Assembly: GCF_009834535.1 (NCBI RefSeq) | Contig: NC_045696.1 | Coordinates: 77,378,001 to 77,442,000, forward strand | Direction: 5' to 3' | Source of the DNA: Camelus ferus | Lineage: Eukaryota | DNA: 64,000 bases | Shown here: piece by piece, positions 13,006 through 25,889 of the stretch | How the letters are laid out: the number at the start of each line of letters is the position of its first letter | How positions within the stretch are numbered: the first letter of the stretch is position 1 | Made by a program: the position numbers and the translations under genes | The notes under the pieces: model-generated | What the model was told of the DNA's origin: nothing | What the model saw: only the letters and a program-made list of their open reading frames with translations | Database searches by the model: none

Positions 13006-13539
13006 ACCATGTATCAAATACATCGATGTCAGATAACATCCAGAATCAAATCCAATTCAAAAGAGAGATTTTCATGAAACTTAGAAGAGTTCCAAAATAA
13101 CATTAAATTCCAGTGACTCTACCCAAAAATGTTCATTCCTTTCTAGAATAAAATTGTTAGTACCCATACGCAGGTTGGAGATACAGAGGTGATTGAGAGA
13201 AATTTATCAAGAGATACAACTTGATGCTTAAATGGGTCATTGTAATCCATTAACTTAAATTTACTCTTGTAACCAATGAGAATAAAGAATTTGTGGCTCA
13301 TTTCAGGACTCACTCTTAAACTTCACAAACCCAAATTAATATTTTATAGAGGGATGGCCCCAAACTGTGGTAGTCATTTAAGACTGTTTAAGATTTTAAT
13401 TTTCCTCCTTTTGAGGCTCATTGTAGTATTGTACATTCAGTTTAAAATGCAATCTGTATCACTTTCTGGAATAATTATCTTAATTGCCAGTATGATGCAC
13501 TGAACTAGTCTCTTCAAACTGATCATGGAAACACGTGCA

Positions 13540-13705
13540 AGACGGAGCCTTTGATAACCTGGCTCCCTAAGTGACAGCAGTGGACAATAGCCATTATCAA
13601 CTCATAATGGACATGTTGTGAGAGCAAAACATAAATTAATTTGGTGATGAAAGACTGCCAATTCATGTTATTACCATAGTATAACCAGGCTTACCCAGAC
13701 TAATT
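13540..13705 (+). mobile_element. MaLR LTR 3' fragment (MLT1J/K-like)
   Basis: cctggctccctaagtgacagcagtggac...tggacatgttgtgagagcaaaacataaatt...tataaccaggcttacccagactaat. Confidence 0.5.
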
Positions 13706-14089
13706 TGTGCCTGGGGTTAAATTGGTTCCATCAGTCCAAATATGGGGGCATGCTTGTTTGACCAACTAATGTTTTGTTTTTGTTTTTGCTTTTTAACTTG
13801 GAACCTAGGAAAAATTTTCGATAGAAAATTGACCATTCAGCGTTATCTTGTTGCTTCCTAAAAGCTAATAGGAAAACAAGTAGTGTTTGAAAATTTTCTA
13901 GCCCCTCTGAGCTGTTAATTTTAATATTAAACTATTATATATTAATATTAGCATGCACATTTTGGGGAAATTAGATTATAATGTAATAAGCTGATTAATA
14001 TGTATAACGTGTGGCAGTTTTACTTTGGGGATTATCCCAAAGACTGAATCAGTCATGGTGTTCCAGCAGTATGTCCTGTTCTTCTCTGG

Positions 14090-15420
14090 AATCACCATTT
14101 TTAACTCTGCTGGACATTCTCTTTGCAAACACATCCTCAGTTATATTTCCTATCTTAAAATACAACAAAGTGCAACCTCAGCTGTCTTTCTACAGCCAGC
14201 AGTAGTCCTATTCATCTCCTTCCTGGTAAAGCAAATTTTCCATGAAGAAGTAGTCGATTCCATTCCTCCAGTTGCTCTCCATTCTCTCTTTCTTGAACCT
14301 GGTCCAATCCTGCAAAAATGTTCTTGCCAGTATTACCCGATCATTTCCCCCACAGCCTGCTTCTCTCTGTCTTTTGCATCTTGATTAATGACAGCTCCAT
14401 TTTCCTTGTCATGTAGCCAAAGAACTTGATGTCATTCTTGACTGTTTTACTTTGTACATGCTCTGGGCTCAATCTGTCAGTAAATCATTTTGGCTCTATC
14501 ATTAAATTACATCTAAAATTCAGTCACATGTACACTGCTTCCAACGTTGCTACTTGAGTCCGAGCTATCCTTATCTCTTTCTCAGTTTCCAGCAGTAGCC
14601 TCCTAACTGGTATTCCTGATTCCACTATGCTTCTTACAGTCTATTTTAAATTCAGCGGCCAGAGTAACTTAGATTTGGTTACATCTCTACTCCAGAAACC
14701 TACGAATGACCTCTTACATCACTCACAATGAAAGTCGAAGTCCATGATGATGTGTAAAACTCTATACAGTTGACAGCTTTGGACCTAACTTACTTTATCT
14801 CCTGTTACTCTGTCTTGTTTATTCCACATGGGCCTCATCTCTGTTCAAAAAACACCCTAAGAGCCTCCTGCCTCAGAGCCTTTACATTTTTAAATTTCTC
14901 TTTCTGGATTACTCTTCCCTGATATCTGCATAATATATTCCTTCACTAATTATGTTTCTTTAAGTAAATGTGATCTTTTCAGTGAGACCTGCCTTGCTAC
15001 CTTTTCTGTATTAGAATCTCCATTCCACATCAGCAATTTCCATCCCTCTTTTCAACTTTGTTCTTCTCTTTAGTACTTATCATTATATACATTTTTATAT
15101 AGTTTCCTTCTTTTTTAAATAACTTTTAAAATTTTTAAAACTTTTTTTCGGGGGACATAATTTGGTTTGTTTGTTTATTTATCTATCTGTTTATTCATTT
15201 GTTTATTAATGGAGGTCCTCGGGACTGAGTCTAGGACCTTGTGCATGCTAAGCAGTGCTCCACCTCTGAGCTATACCCTCCCCCGGTAGTTTCCTTCTTC
15301 ACTTTATTCAACATCTGTCTCTAAAAGTAGAATGTAATCCCCATAAGGGCAGAGGATTGTTTATTTTTACTGCTGTATTCTCATTACCTAGAAGAATTCT
15401 TATTTATTCAATTATTTAAA
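14090..15420 (+). mobile_element. L2 LINE 3' region, interrupted by a SINE
   Basis: cagtagcctcctaactggtattcctgattcc, cagcggccagagtaac, ctcctgcctcagagcctttaca, tagaatgtaatccccataagggcagagg. Confidence 0.85.
15113..15286 (-). mobile_element. tRNA-derived SINE (camelid Vic-1-like)
   Basis: Minus strand reads GGGGGAGGGTATAGCTCAGAGGTGGAGCACTGCTTAGCATGCACAAGGTCCTAGACTCAGTCCC (A box, degenerate B box) then an A-rich tail; perfect 13-bp TSD tagtttccttctt at 15100-15112 and 15287-15299. Confidence 0.92.
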
Positions 15421-15829
15421 GAAGGCGTGCCCCCCCCACCTTTCAAGTTGTGAGCTAGTGATCGACAAGGATGGTGATGCATGCCTCTCTCGGGAGGCTT
15501 CTCTTTTGTTTGTTGTTATCCCTTTCCCCAGGAAAATGATTGGGAAAGCTCCCCCTTCTAAAGCATCTGTTTATGAACTTAAGGAAAAGAATTATTGTTT
15601 ATTGCTCAATCAAGGATCAATGCTATTCCTCCATCCCTTTCATTAGTTGCTTGCAATTTAAGGAGCCATGGTGAATATAAATGGAAGATCAATATGGACT
15701 CTTACTATAAAAATGTCACTGAAGTATTCAGATTAGCAAATTGCAATAGTTTGAGCTCTAACCTGTGATAATTAACAATAACATTGTCTTAGTTTTCAAA
15801 ATGCAATTATCAATATTAAAATATTTAGC

Positions 15830-17470
15830 ATGTAAAGCAGAGCCTTCAATTGCTCTCCTATTGTTGTCTCTTCCTTCCTATTTGGGAAACTAATAGGAAG
15901 CACCAAAACTAGGGAATCAATGTAATTTGGCCTGATTAAAATGTAGAGCATTAACTTTAATATTAAGGTATAAATAAAAATTCTTTGATAACAGAAAGAA
16001 AAACCATGCCAGAGAACTTTGATCAATTTTTATTAATTTCAACCTCAAGGTCTTTTTTTCTAACTTTGTTTGCGTTATAACTTCCAGCCTGAATCTCTCA
16101 AAACATAATTCATGTGTTTATTACCCTTTCAAAGTGTCTTCTAATTTTATAGCCAATGAGAACAATCCAATTACTGTTGTCACTCTTCTGATTTCCTTAG
16201 CTATTTCTCATCAGTTTTCTTCCCATAACTCGGTGTCATCCGGCCTGTCCTAAGCTGTAAACTTTCAAAGTAATAATAATCTTATTATTGCCAAAAAAAA
16301 AAAAAAAAAATCTCATGTTGGAACTTATCAAGGTGCAATTTGGTAAATTATGATGGCTTTTCATTTATGTTCTCTCTCTGCCCTCATGAGATCCATTACA
16401 CAGAGTTTTATACCTATGCCAAGCAAACAATCAAAGGACTATTCTCCAATGACTTCCAACTTAGTTTTGCTTTTATTCTTCATAATATTTATTGAATGGT
16501 GTATGTTCCTTATCTCTATGAATCTATAGTACAATAAATTTAAGTTATCAGTAAACTAAACCAGACGTTAATGGTAAAATTATTTTGACTCTGATTACAA
16601 TATTTCTCACATACCTCTGATTTGCTATCATCATAAAACTCATTTATGTGGATTGTAAAAGTGGCTCTCATGATGAATTATGTAATGCTCTACTTACCAG
16701 TCTAGAAAAAATGTCATTTATATTCATTTTATTTGCTCTCTTCAACAGAAATGATTCTTCTTCACATTGTTATTGGATTTCATAAAATGTTTGTTGAAAA
16801 TCCACATTTGGTATGTAATACCTATATATAAAATTCTCATTGTCTTCCAGCACCTTATGATTTGACCTTTGCTGTGCATCTTCTAAGTGTTCCCTATTTT
16901 CTTGGATTCTTTTTAACCCCAGACAAAACGCTTTTAAAGGACATCCACAATCTCACAGTCAGATTTTGTTGTTGTTGTTGTTGCTGCTTTGTTGCTGCTG
17001 TTTTCTGTCCTCACTTTTGCTAGAAAGAGTGAATGCTTGACACAGAGACACAATGGATTCCTGTACTAGTAATTCAGCAAGAATTTCCCCTGAGCATATT
17101 CTCCCCACAATATATGAGGTTGTATTGCTGCATAACTTTTACTAAAGTCATGCCAACACACCCCAATAGTTTCAATATGAAATTTCCTTTTCTCAGCCAG
17201 AAATGTAGGCTGATCTCACATCAGTCTGTGTTTAGCAAGATTGAAACCAATTTGACACCCTCCTGGATAGAAAGGAGCTTCTCATTAAATGACAAGATAG
17301 GCTCAATATATGGATCTGTTTCTGTCAATCCACAGAAGTGGTACCTCATGTAGTTTTCTGGTAGAAGTCTGTGCAAAATGTTTTGGTGGTTAGTGTGGCA
17401 ATCAATATATTGCATAGGGTCAAAAAAAGCATTACAACTTTTCTTCCATATATCATGAGGCACTCATTTT
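15830..17470 (-). mobile_element. Ancient RTE/RTE-X (L4-like) LINE RT fossil
   Basis: Ordered motifs on minus strand: LLPENY (~17350-17367), CQIGF (~17243-17257), LAEKRKFHIETIGVCWHDFSKSYAAIQPHILW (~17105-17200), VR-GCPL (~16935-16956); the lower boundary is less certain. Confidence 0.7.
16966..17002. repeat. (TTG)n/(CTG)n short compound repeat
   Basis: ttgttgttgttgttgttgctgctttgttgctgctg. Confidence 0.85.
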
Positions 17471-17689
17471 TAGAGAGTAGAAATGAAAAATAATGTTATA
17501 TTAAAAGGAAACTATTGCTAAAATAGATTATGAGTTTAGATAATTAGGAAAAATCAGCTAAGCAATGATTGTTAACATCCTTAATCATTTAGTAATTGAG
17601 GAATAAGGAAATCTGATCTATTTGTTATGCTTTAGTAATTTTACTAAATCACTTAACCCACGTCCTGTACCATATAATGTTCTTAGATG

Positions 17690-18445
17690 TATGTCAAGGA
17701 AAAAATTCAGGGGAAAACAAGGTGTCCAGATTTTATAGGACAAAATACCAAAGAAGCAAGTCTGTATAGAATCTCCATTGAGTATTCAGTAGACTAATGG
17801 TTACTGCATATGTGTGAGGTAACTAGCTAAGGCTAGGAAAAGAATTATCCAAAGTTATGAGAAAGAATAGTGTCTGGGCTTTTACAGTGCCAAGAACAGT
17901 GCCCATTTGAACCAGCCAGACTGCAAAAAATCATAATATAGAGCACTGAGTAGAGCACGCAGCATTGGCTTGCCTCAGTAGTGGGGGATAATTAGCCCCC
18001 AACTGAACTCTGCCTCCAGTCAGCCCACATTAAAGTAAAAGCAAGATCCAAAAGTATCAGACCGTATCCAAATAACCACACATCAGAACAAAGCTAAAGA
18101 ATAATAGAAATACAAACACATCCCTAACACAACAAGGTAAAATTCACAGTGTTGGATTGGACATCCAGTGAAAGAACATCAGGCATGCGAAGAAGCAGTA
18201 ACACACAACTCAGAAGGAGGAAGGAGAATCAGTCATTGGATGGAGAACTGACGTCGCTGTTAGAATCAGCAAAGACATTAAAAAATTGCTGTAACTGTAT
18301 TCCATGTGTTCAAAAAGTCAAATTAATAAGTTGAAGCTGTAAAAATAGATCCAGTTTGAATTCCTGGAAGTAACAATTACAACGTCTGAAGTAAAAAATA
18401 CACTACACGGGACTAATGGCAGATTAGACATCGCGGGAGAAAACT
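17690..18445 (+). mobile_element. Old L1 (L1MC/MD-like) 5' region and start of ORF1
   Basis: acaacaaggtaaaattcacagtg, ttagaatcagcaaagacattaaaa, tctgaagtaaaaaatacactacacgggactaatggcagattagacatcgc. Confidence 0.75.
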
Positions 18446-18744
18446 CGTTGGTGGGTTCACTGGACTTCTGTAAGTACTCAGATTTTGCCAGGCCTTGGGA
18501 AGGGATTCCTGTCTCAGCCGTGTCTTTGGCAAGGTCATGGAGGGTAGTGTGGAGGAAAGCATTCTCTGAGAGTCCAAGGGGCCTCCCTTCTAACGCCCTC
18601 GCACAACTTCATCAGCAGGAACGGAGGAACAGGACCCTCCTTCACAAGAGGCAAGACGTGGCTTCCTCTGAGCTTGTTATTTTCACATTAAGCCCTTGAC
18701 TCACTGTTTCTCTGTAACTCACAGGCACTGGGGTTGTGGATGCT

Positions 18745-18870
18745 TTCAGTATCTTGATTGTGTTGATGGTTTTACAGGTCCATATGTACAGCATATCCTA
18801 CATTATGCATTTGAAATGTATGCAGTTTGTTGTGTGTCAGTTATACCTCAAGAAAGCTATTAAGAAATCA
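18745..18870 (+). mobile_element. Old L1 3' terminus
   Basis: tatcttgattgtgttgatggttttacagg...atgtatgcagtttgttgtgtgtcagttatacctcaagaaagct. Confidence 0.75.
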
Positions 18871-19194
18871 CAGACTTTATTTTGTATTAGTTCTTCTTAA
18901 CCTCAGATTTCCATCGTAGAGAGATACTTAGAGTTCTGCCAAAGCACATTTAATAAAACATTTAGTGACTTTGTTCTCTGATACAGAGCTCCCATACCCT
19001 TAACAAACAGCTATGTACAGGTCACACTATGGTCCACTTAGATTTAAAAACTTAATAGGGAAAAAATTCAGAGAATCTGAAAAACATCATACCTAAACAT
19101 AACAATTAAAGAAGAAATATCTGTTTTCCTCTCACTTTATCATTATGACTAGTAAACAAAAGAACTCCCACTTAACCTCCAAGTTCCTTAAATT

Positions 19195-19372
19195 TATATG
19201 TGTGCACATATATGTGTATGTGTAGATAAAATACACATGGACACACACACATTATATACACATATGTGTGTGTATATATGCGTGTAAATGTAAATAGATA
19301 CACATTATCTACACACATATGTACACACATAGACACACATTAACATACAATACATACACATTTATATTACAC
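19195..19372. repeat. Degenerate (CA/TG/TA)n low-complexity tract
   Basis: Alternating purine-pyrimidine runs. Confidence 0.8.
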
Positions 19373-20384
19373 AGATCTAATTTTCACAAAGAAATCAGAA
19401 TTTTAAAATTAATTTTTATTTAGGTTTTGTTTTGCTCAGTCTCGTCACTTGTAAATATACTGGCAAGCAGAAATGTTCAGTTTTCCTTTTTCACTCTTTA
19501 GCTTCCTCTCGCACATTTGTTGTCTTTATCTGATGACAGTGGTCTGACAGTGAGGACATCTCTGACGAAAGCTCCTGTGTGTATCGTGCTTTTTGAATCT
19601 GATGTGCGTCTGGGACACTCTAATGCACTTGGTGGGTTTGGAATTTCCCCTGAATGTATAGCTAACAAAACAAATTCATTTTTATGATTGAAATATTGCC
19701 CATGTTAAGTGTCTTCCTGCAACTCTGGCATCAAGGAGAAGAGAATTTAACGTTTTCATTTCATGTGCTTGCTTTTAATTGAATCAACTGTAAGAACAAA
19801 ATATTTTTCCTTTTTAGATTGAGAGAGAATTGCTGCCTTGGTTCCAAGTCACTGCTTTATAGCCAAATAGCTCTTCATGGTGTAGATTTATTCTACCTCC
19901 GTGTGGAAGGGTTTTGTAGTCCGTCTTAGTTGGGACATTAGCTGCTGAACTCTTTCCCTGACACTTTGCTTATTAGGCTACTGAAAAAATTAGATTCTAT
20001 CGGTCTCTTTCCTAACACTCTGGTGATACTTCATGTGCTTATAGGCTGAGAGTGAGGAATTTAACTGTAATTTCTAAGAACTAACTTCCCATTAGGGTAA
20101 CAAAATATTTTACACTTCCCGTCCGGATGGATGTAGTGGAATGACTGAAAGAATGACCTTATCACCTACGAGCCAGGTTAAAGCCCCAAACGTGACCCTA
20201 GAGTTGTTCCCAGCACAATATTTGCCACCTTTTCAAACAAGTAGAAAAGAGTCAAGTTATTCCTTAATTAGTGTTTCCATGTGCCCTAGGCTTTAGTCAA
20301 CAGTAACTTTGAGGCCAGCCTTTGTAATCACATTTGAGAGCGTGTGCACTTGTGTCAGACTTTCTCTCCCTGGAAGTCAGGCGT

Positions 20385-20520
20385 GTGTTACACAGACTTT
20401 GGAATCAGAAATCCTACTCTTTACACATCACTTTGCCACTTCCTTTCTCTATATTCTTGGGCTAAATCCTTAACTTCTCTGAATGTCAGTTTACTCTTCT
20501 GTGACACATATGGGTTAGTA
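20385..20520 (+). mobile_element. MIR fragment
   Basis: cacagactttggaatcaga...ttgggctaaatccttaacttctctgaatgtcagtttactcttctgt. Confidence 0.65.
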
Positions 20521-20987
20521 GTAATTATTTTACTTAGAGAATAAGCTAAACTCAGCATGCTGTCACAAAGAGATGCAAAAACACTATGACTTAAATAAGT
20601 AAGAATTATATTTCTCTCTTATGAAAACAGTCCAGAGTTGAGCAGCCCCAGGCTGACAAGGTGGCTTTGTAATCTTCAACATGTGGCTTCTGTCTCAAGG
20701 CTGAGGTCAGGCTGGTGATCATCCTTTCTAGCCAGTGGAAGATGAAAGGAGGAAAATGAGTGCAAGCAGTTTCCATGTTGAATTCGTTGCCCAGAATATA
20801 CACTCAGCATTCTTGTTTCCTCCCCATTGGCCAGGGCTTGGTCAGAAGCCAACATGGCTGCGTGGGAGTCTGAGAGAATGTGTCTCCAGCTGGTAGGCCC
20901 TGTGCCCAGCTGAAACTTGGAGGAGCCTCTTTTTAAAGGAAAGAAATAGAGAAGGTATCTTGGGGAACAATGAACAAACTCTGACAT
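20520..20987 (-). mobile_element. MaLR solo LTR (MLT1J-like)
   Basis: gacttaaataagtaagaattatatttctctctt...cccattggccagggcttggtca...ccctgtgcccagctgaaac. Confidence 0.75.
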
Positions 20988-21499
20988 TAAAACATACCGG
21001 TACCAAGGTACAGGAGATCATGTCCAAAACCAGGTTGGATATAAGGCATATCAAAATGATTTGATACTCAGGTAGTTTAATGAATGAAATAATTATTTAA
21101 TCTCTTCTTATCATTGAAAGCTCTTGAAAATGTCCTCAGTTTCTTTATTAAATTTTTAAAAATATAGCCATACAGTTTGTCTCTATCTGCTAAAACAGAT
21201 ACCTAAATTGAAGCACTTGGACAAGTCAGCCTCCACAGTTAACAAAGACAAAGGTAAACATAAAATAACCAAGGAGTAGGAAATACTTCCGTAGGAGATT
21301 TTAAAGTATTTTAGGTTGTAATGTAGCAGATACTCTAGTTTGAAACAAAATTGTATAGCTTTACAATAATTTATCCCGGGTTTCAGTATCAGAAACATCT
21401 TGTTTGGGCTTACAGGTTACCCTCTGTTACTAGCTGCGTAGTCTTAGAGCAAGTATGTTTCCTTTTAAAGACAGTGTTAATTTTTTTTTTTAGTAAGCA

Positions 21500-22700
21500 C
21501 TCATACGCCCACCACTAAGAACAACGATAACATTCTTGTACTTAAATTTGATCCCACCAATTCCCTTGAACAAATAAAAAAAGACTGCATAGAAAGTTGA
21601 ATTCCTTTTATACTTGTTTAGCCACCAGTAACTGCTGTTGTGATTCGTATCTATCCTATTTATGTGTTTTTATATTTAATCTACACACGTACCTGTGTAC
21701 CTTGTATGTACATACGTGTGCCATACTTGTATAGAGATCCTTCTGCAACTACTTTTTCTACCAGTATTATATTATGTTTATGTGATTTCTCCATAAGTCT
21801 AGCTCATTTGTTTTAATTTGGAAAATAATTCTGTCAGTTTGCATTTATTCATTCTACTCTTGGCAGATATTTAGGTCAATTTTTTATTATTGAAGACAAT
21901 GTTTTATTAAAGATCTTGTGCATATGTACCCATTCAGTACCCATGCACAAGAACTTCAGAGGGGCATACACTTAGAGGTGGAATTACTATCGCACAGAGT
22001 ACATACATGCTGAGATTGTCTAGATGTGAGCAGGCTGTTCTCCAGTCAATACTTCTCGCTGCAGTGGGAGAGACCCCAGCTATTCTATATCCTCATTATA
22101 GTTACTGTTATCAGACATTATTTTTTTTCAGATTTCAGGGTTATGAAATAATACATCACTGTTATCTTAATTTGCATTTTTCTGAGTGTGGTTTTGCAAG
22201 CTTTTCATATTTTTTTGCCATTCTCTATTTTTCCTTCTGTGACTTGTCTGTTTCTCTCTGTACATTTTTTTAAAATGTCTTTTTCATATTGATATGTAGG
22301 TATTAGAGCTAATCTAAACCTAATGCATTTGTCTATTGTATATGTTGCAAATATGTTTTCTGGGTCTTTCACTTGTATTTTAAATATTTTTTATGATGCC
22401 TTGTCATACAAAAAGTTTTATTTTTTATTTGACATTGAGGAAATAATTTTCATTTTGCTTATGAGTATATATGTTCATTTGCTTTTTAAAGAAATATTTC
22501 CTACTCTGTGGCTATAAAATATTCTTCTATAGGTTCTTTTAGAATGTTTGAAAGTTTTATTTTAAACATTTAGCTCTTTAGTCTATCTGGTTTTTCTCTT
22601 TTTATGAGGTGTGATAAAGCAGTCTAATTTTATTTTTCCATATGGATAGCTAGTTATTATAACTCTATTTATTGAATAGATTTTTTCCCCAATTTCCTGT
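21500..22700 (-). mobile_element. Old L1 (L1ME-like) 3' region
   Basis: agaggtggaattact, ttaatttgcattttt, tatgttgcaaatatgttttct, tttccatatggatagctagtt. Confidence 0.75.
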
Positions 22701-23169
22701 TCTTTTCCCTTCCCTTATATATTTTCTGTTCTCTTCTTTCAAGTCTATCCCATCTCTGTACCCTCCCTTTTACAGCTTGTCCCCTTATTTGTCCTCTGCT
22801 TCCTTCTTATTTTTTCTCCTCCCTTTCTCTCTTTGTCTCCTATTCTTTTTCATAATAATCAGTATTAAGTCAGTGCACACATCAAGTTAAAAAAATCAAA
22901 TAGCAGATCATCTAAAATAATAAGCAAATTAATAATTCTTCTCTCCAAAGTCCAACAAAGGCATCCATTGTTGATTCATTTTTCATTCAATAAATATTTA
23001 TTAGGAATCTATTAGTTTGAAGTCACTAGGGGTTCAGAAATGAACAAGACAAGAAGATCACCAGTCTAATAGAGGTTTAAATAAGGACATGCAAAGATTG
23101 ACACATCTTTACTGTGACAGGTACAGTTTTCAAAAGCAATAAACTTGGCAGTTCCAATGCATGCTCAAA

Positions 23170-23325
23170 AATTATAGATAAAGTATATAATTTTAAAATG
23201 TATAATGTATAAATATATATGGTATAAAAATTATATGTTACAGAATAAATATATAACATAAATAAATGTTAAATAACAATAAATATATATTATTATGTAA
23301 ATATAAATATATATATATAATAATC
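23170..23325. repeat. AT-rich low-complexity tract
   Basis: Near-pure A/T with (TA)n runs. Confidence 0.8.
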
Positions 23326-23849
23326 TGGGATATAATTAAACAATTACATGAAAGCAAGTAAGTTTGACATGCTCCTATCATTTTAAAGACCTAATTTCCC
23401 CAACAAGTAGTGTAAAAACCAGTCTGAATTCAAATTCGTAAGCTTAGAATAAAGACTGATGACATTATTCTCTCATTCACTCTAGGTAATGATAATATGT
23501 TGCATTAATTTCAAATTTATAAAAATTATAATTAAATTTTAATTGATATTGAGTGTGTCTGACACTAGTTACAAATTCCATCTAAAAGAGTTCTTTAGAG
23601 GACATAAAGAATCATTATGTGTATTAAACAAATAAACTACATCTAATGTAAGAGAATTAAGGAACTCTCAACTTGACAGACTCCCTGCCTTTGGGCAGCA
23701 CTCTTGGCAAACTCTGGCAGCCCTTTTATCTCCAGGTTGCTGTAATACATGCAAAGAGCTTTTTTTTTTCCGTCTCAGAAATATATTGGTTTATCTTTCC
23801 TGCATCTACCTACAATAATTATTTGGATATTTTTTAAAGCCAAAATGTA

Positions 23850-24080
23850 ATGCCCCTAATGTAAACTGTGGACTTTGGTTGATAATAATGTGTCCATGTT
23901 GGTTCATCAATTATACCAAATATGCCACACTGATGAGGGATGTTGAGGGTAGGGGAGTATATATGTGTGTGCGGGAAGGGCTATGTGCAAACTCTCTGTA
24001 TTTTCTGCTCAGTTCTGGTGTGAACCTGAAACTGCTCTAAAAAATAAAATCCATTAATAAAAACAAATTTAAAAAAAGAA
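23850..24080 (+). mobile_element. L1MC-like 3' terminus with A-rich tail
   Basis: ccctaatgtaaactgtggactttgg...aactctctgtattttctgctcagttctggtgtgaacctgaaactgctctaaaaaataaa. Confidence 0.88.
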
Positions 24081-24152
24081 GAAAAGACACCTGAGTTTTG
24101 CTCTTCAGAGATTTTAATGTCATCAGACCATTCTTAAGAAATGTTAAGGTTA

Positions 24153-24485
24153 TAGTAGTTCCCCCTCTTATCCTCAGTTTCACTTTAGGCATTTCGGTTA
24201 CCCACAACCACAGTCCAAAAATACTAAATGGAAACCTCCAGAAATAAAATGTTCATAGAAGTTAAATTGCTTGCTGTTCTGAGTAGCATGATGGAATCTC
24301 ACACTGTCCCTCCCCTTCCTGCCCAGGACTAGGACTTAAATCATCCCTTTGTCCAGAGTATTCACACTGTGTACACTATCTGGCTTGTGAGTATGTATGG
24401 GAAAAAACGTAGTACATACAGAGGTCAGTACTATCCATGGTTTTAGTCATCCACTGGTGGCCTTGCAGATAAGAGGAGATTACTG
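24153..24485. mobile_element. Tigger-derived non-autonomous DNA transposon (MER44A-like)
   Basis: Imperfect terminal inverted repeats tagtagttccccctcttatc ... gataagaggagattactg, flanked by TA at 24151-24152 and 24486-24487; ~333 bp. Confidence 0.85.
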
Positions 24486-24654
24486 TATTCAGTAACATCA
24501 GTCAAATTCTGGACCCTGGAGATGTTACTTTGCAAACCAGTCTTGCTTTTTGTTGAATCTCTCTTGATTTTTTTTTAGTTAAAAAGAAAAAAAAAAGGAG
24601 AGAAAAGATAAATACCTTTGCTCAAGCCCTATCAACTTGCTTAATACTAGTTTA

Positions 24655-25640
24655 AATTCATTTATTCTGTAATAAGTATTTTCAGTTATCTTATATGTCA
24701 GACTTTAAATGTGGTTTAGATAAATAAGAAATAATTGATTCAGATGAGTAAGAAATAATCATTGATCAGCCTTTAGCAACTTAAGCCAAGAAGGAAAAGC
24801 CATTCATAAAAAGTACTATAATTAATTGTAAGAAGTATTGTGATATTAGTTTATTTGAAAATAGTATGGTGAAGATTTATAGATTTAGTTGATAAAATTA
24901 GAGAAGATGACTATTGAGCTATGTAACAAAAGATAATTTGATGTTCTTTGGAGGCAAATTTGGGATACAGTGAAAACAAGATTGGTGATAGCTATTTGCA
25001 CATAGAATAAGCATTGTGAGCAAAGGTGCATAGGTATAAATTAGCCTAGGGTCTATAAAGAACTGTAAGAATTTATTATTATTATTTTAATGTCAAAAGG
25101 GTGAGGATGCAAGAGTAATCCTGCCAAAATCTTTAGTGGATAAAACCAGTGTCATGGGCAAAGCACTTGATCTCGGAGAACCATGAGTGCCTAGCAATGA
25201 AAATTACTTTCTCTTGAAACTTGAAATGTTTAAATGAGATAATAACATTCTCAGACACATGCTTAAATTAATCACTAGGAAATAATTGCAAAAGTTAGTT
25301 TGAGAAATGGTGAGAACCTAAACATATGCAATGAAATGGACATAGGGTGGATGTTTCTAATGTAAACAGTAGTAAAGATGTTGAATTAGCAGGTTTCAAT
25401 TAGATACAGGGGTACGGGAGAATGCATCCAGGAGAGAACCATTCACTAACATGGAGTATATAGTAATTATACAAGAAGGGCTTGTGACAGAGCAACGTGT
25501 AGGGAAAAATTAAATCTGAAGGGTATAGGGTAGTAGATAGTTGGATGTTTATACTAAAATTAAGACTTTGTGAAGGTTGATAGACAAAAATAAAAATAAG
25601 ATTGAATAATATTTCCACATAGATTTGGCTGACATTTCAA
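24655..25640 (-). mobile_element. Degenerate L2 fragment
   Basis: ttcatttattctgtaataagtatt tail followed by purine-rich antisense L2-like sequence (aataagcattgtgagcaaaggtgcataggta). Confidence 0.5.
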
Positions 25641-25889
25641 TCAAATGTGAATGAAACCAACCAATCGTCATTATCTAAACATGATAGATTTCTGTACATT
25701 AGGCTTAACAATCGGGAAAGAAATAACGTGCTTGTATTGGTCTAAAGACTCATGGTTTGCAATGGTGGTGGTTATTATCACGAGAAGCAAAATATGTATA
25801 TTTTCATTTCTCAAAATGATTAGCAGCATACTACTGACGTTAAGTGGATGGTTCTCAGAGATACTAGACAACATACAAGATTCACAATA

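Noticed and set aside
17033..17463. Overlapping 106-aa and 80-aa ORFs considered as a gene or endogenous viral element
   Set aside because: Explained as frames of the RTE-like RT fossil; no sustained viral protein motifs
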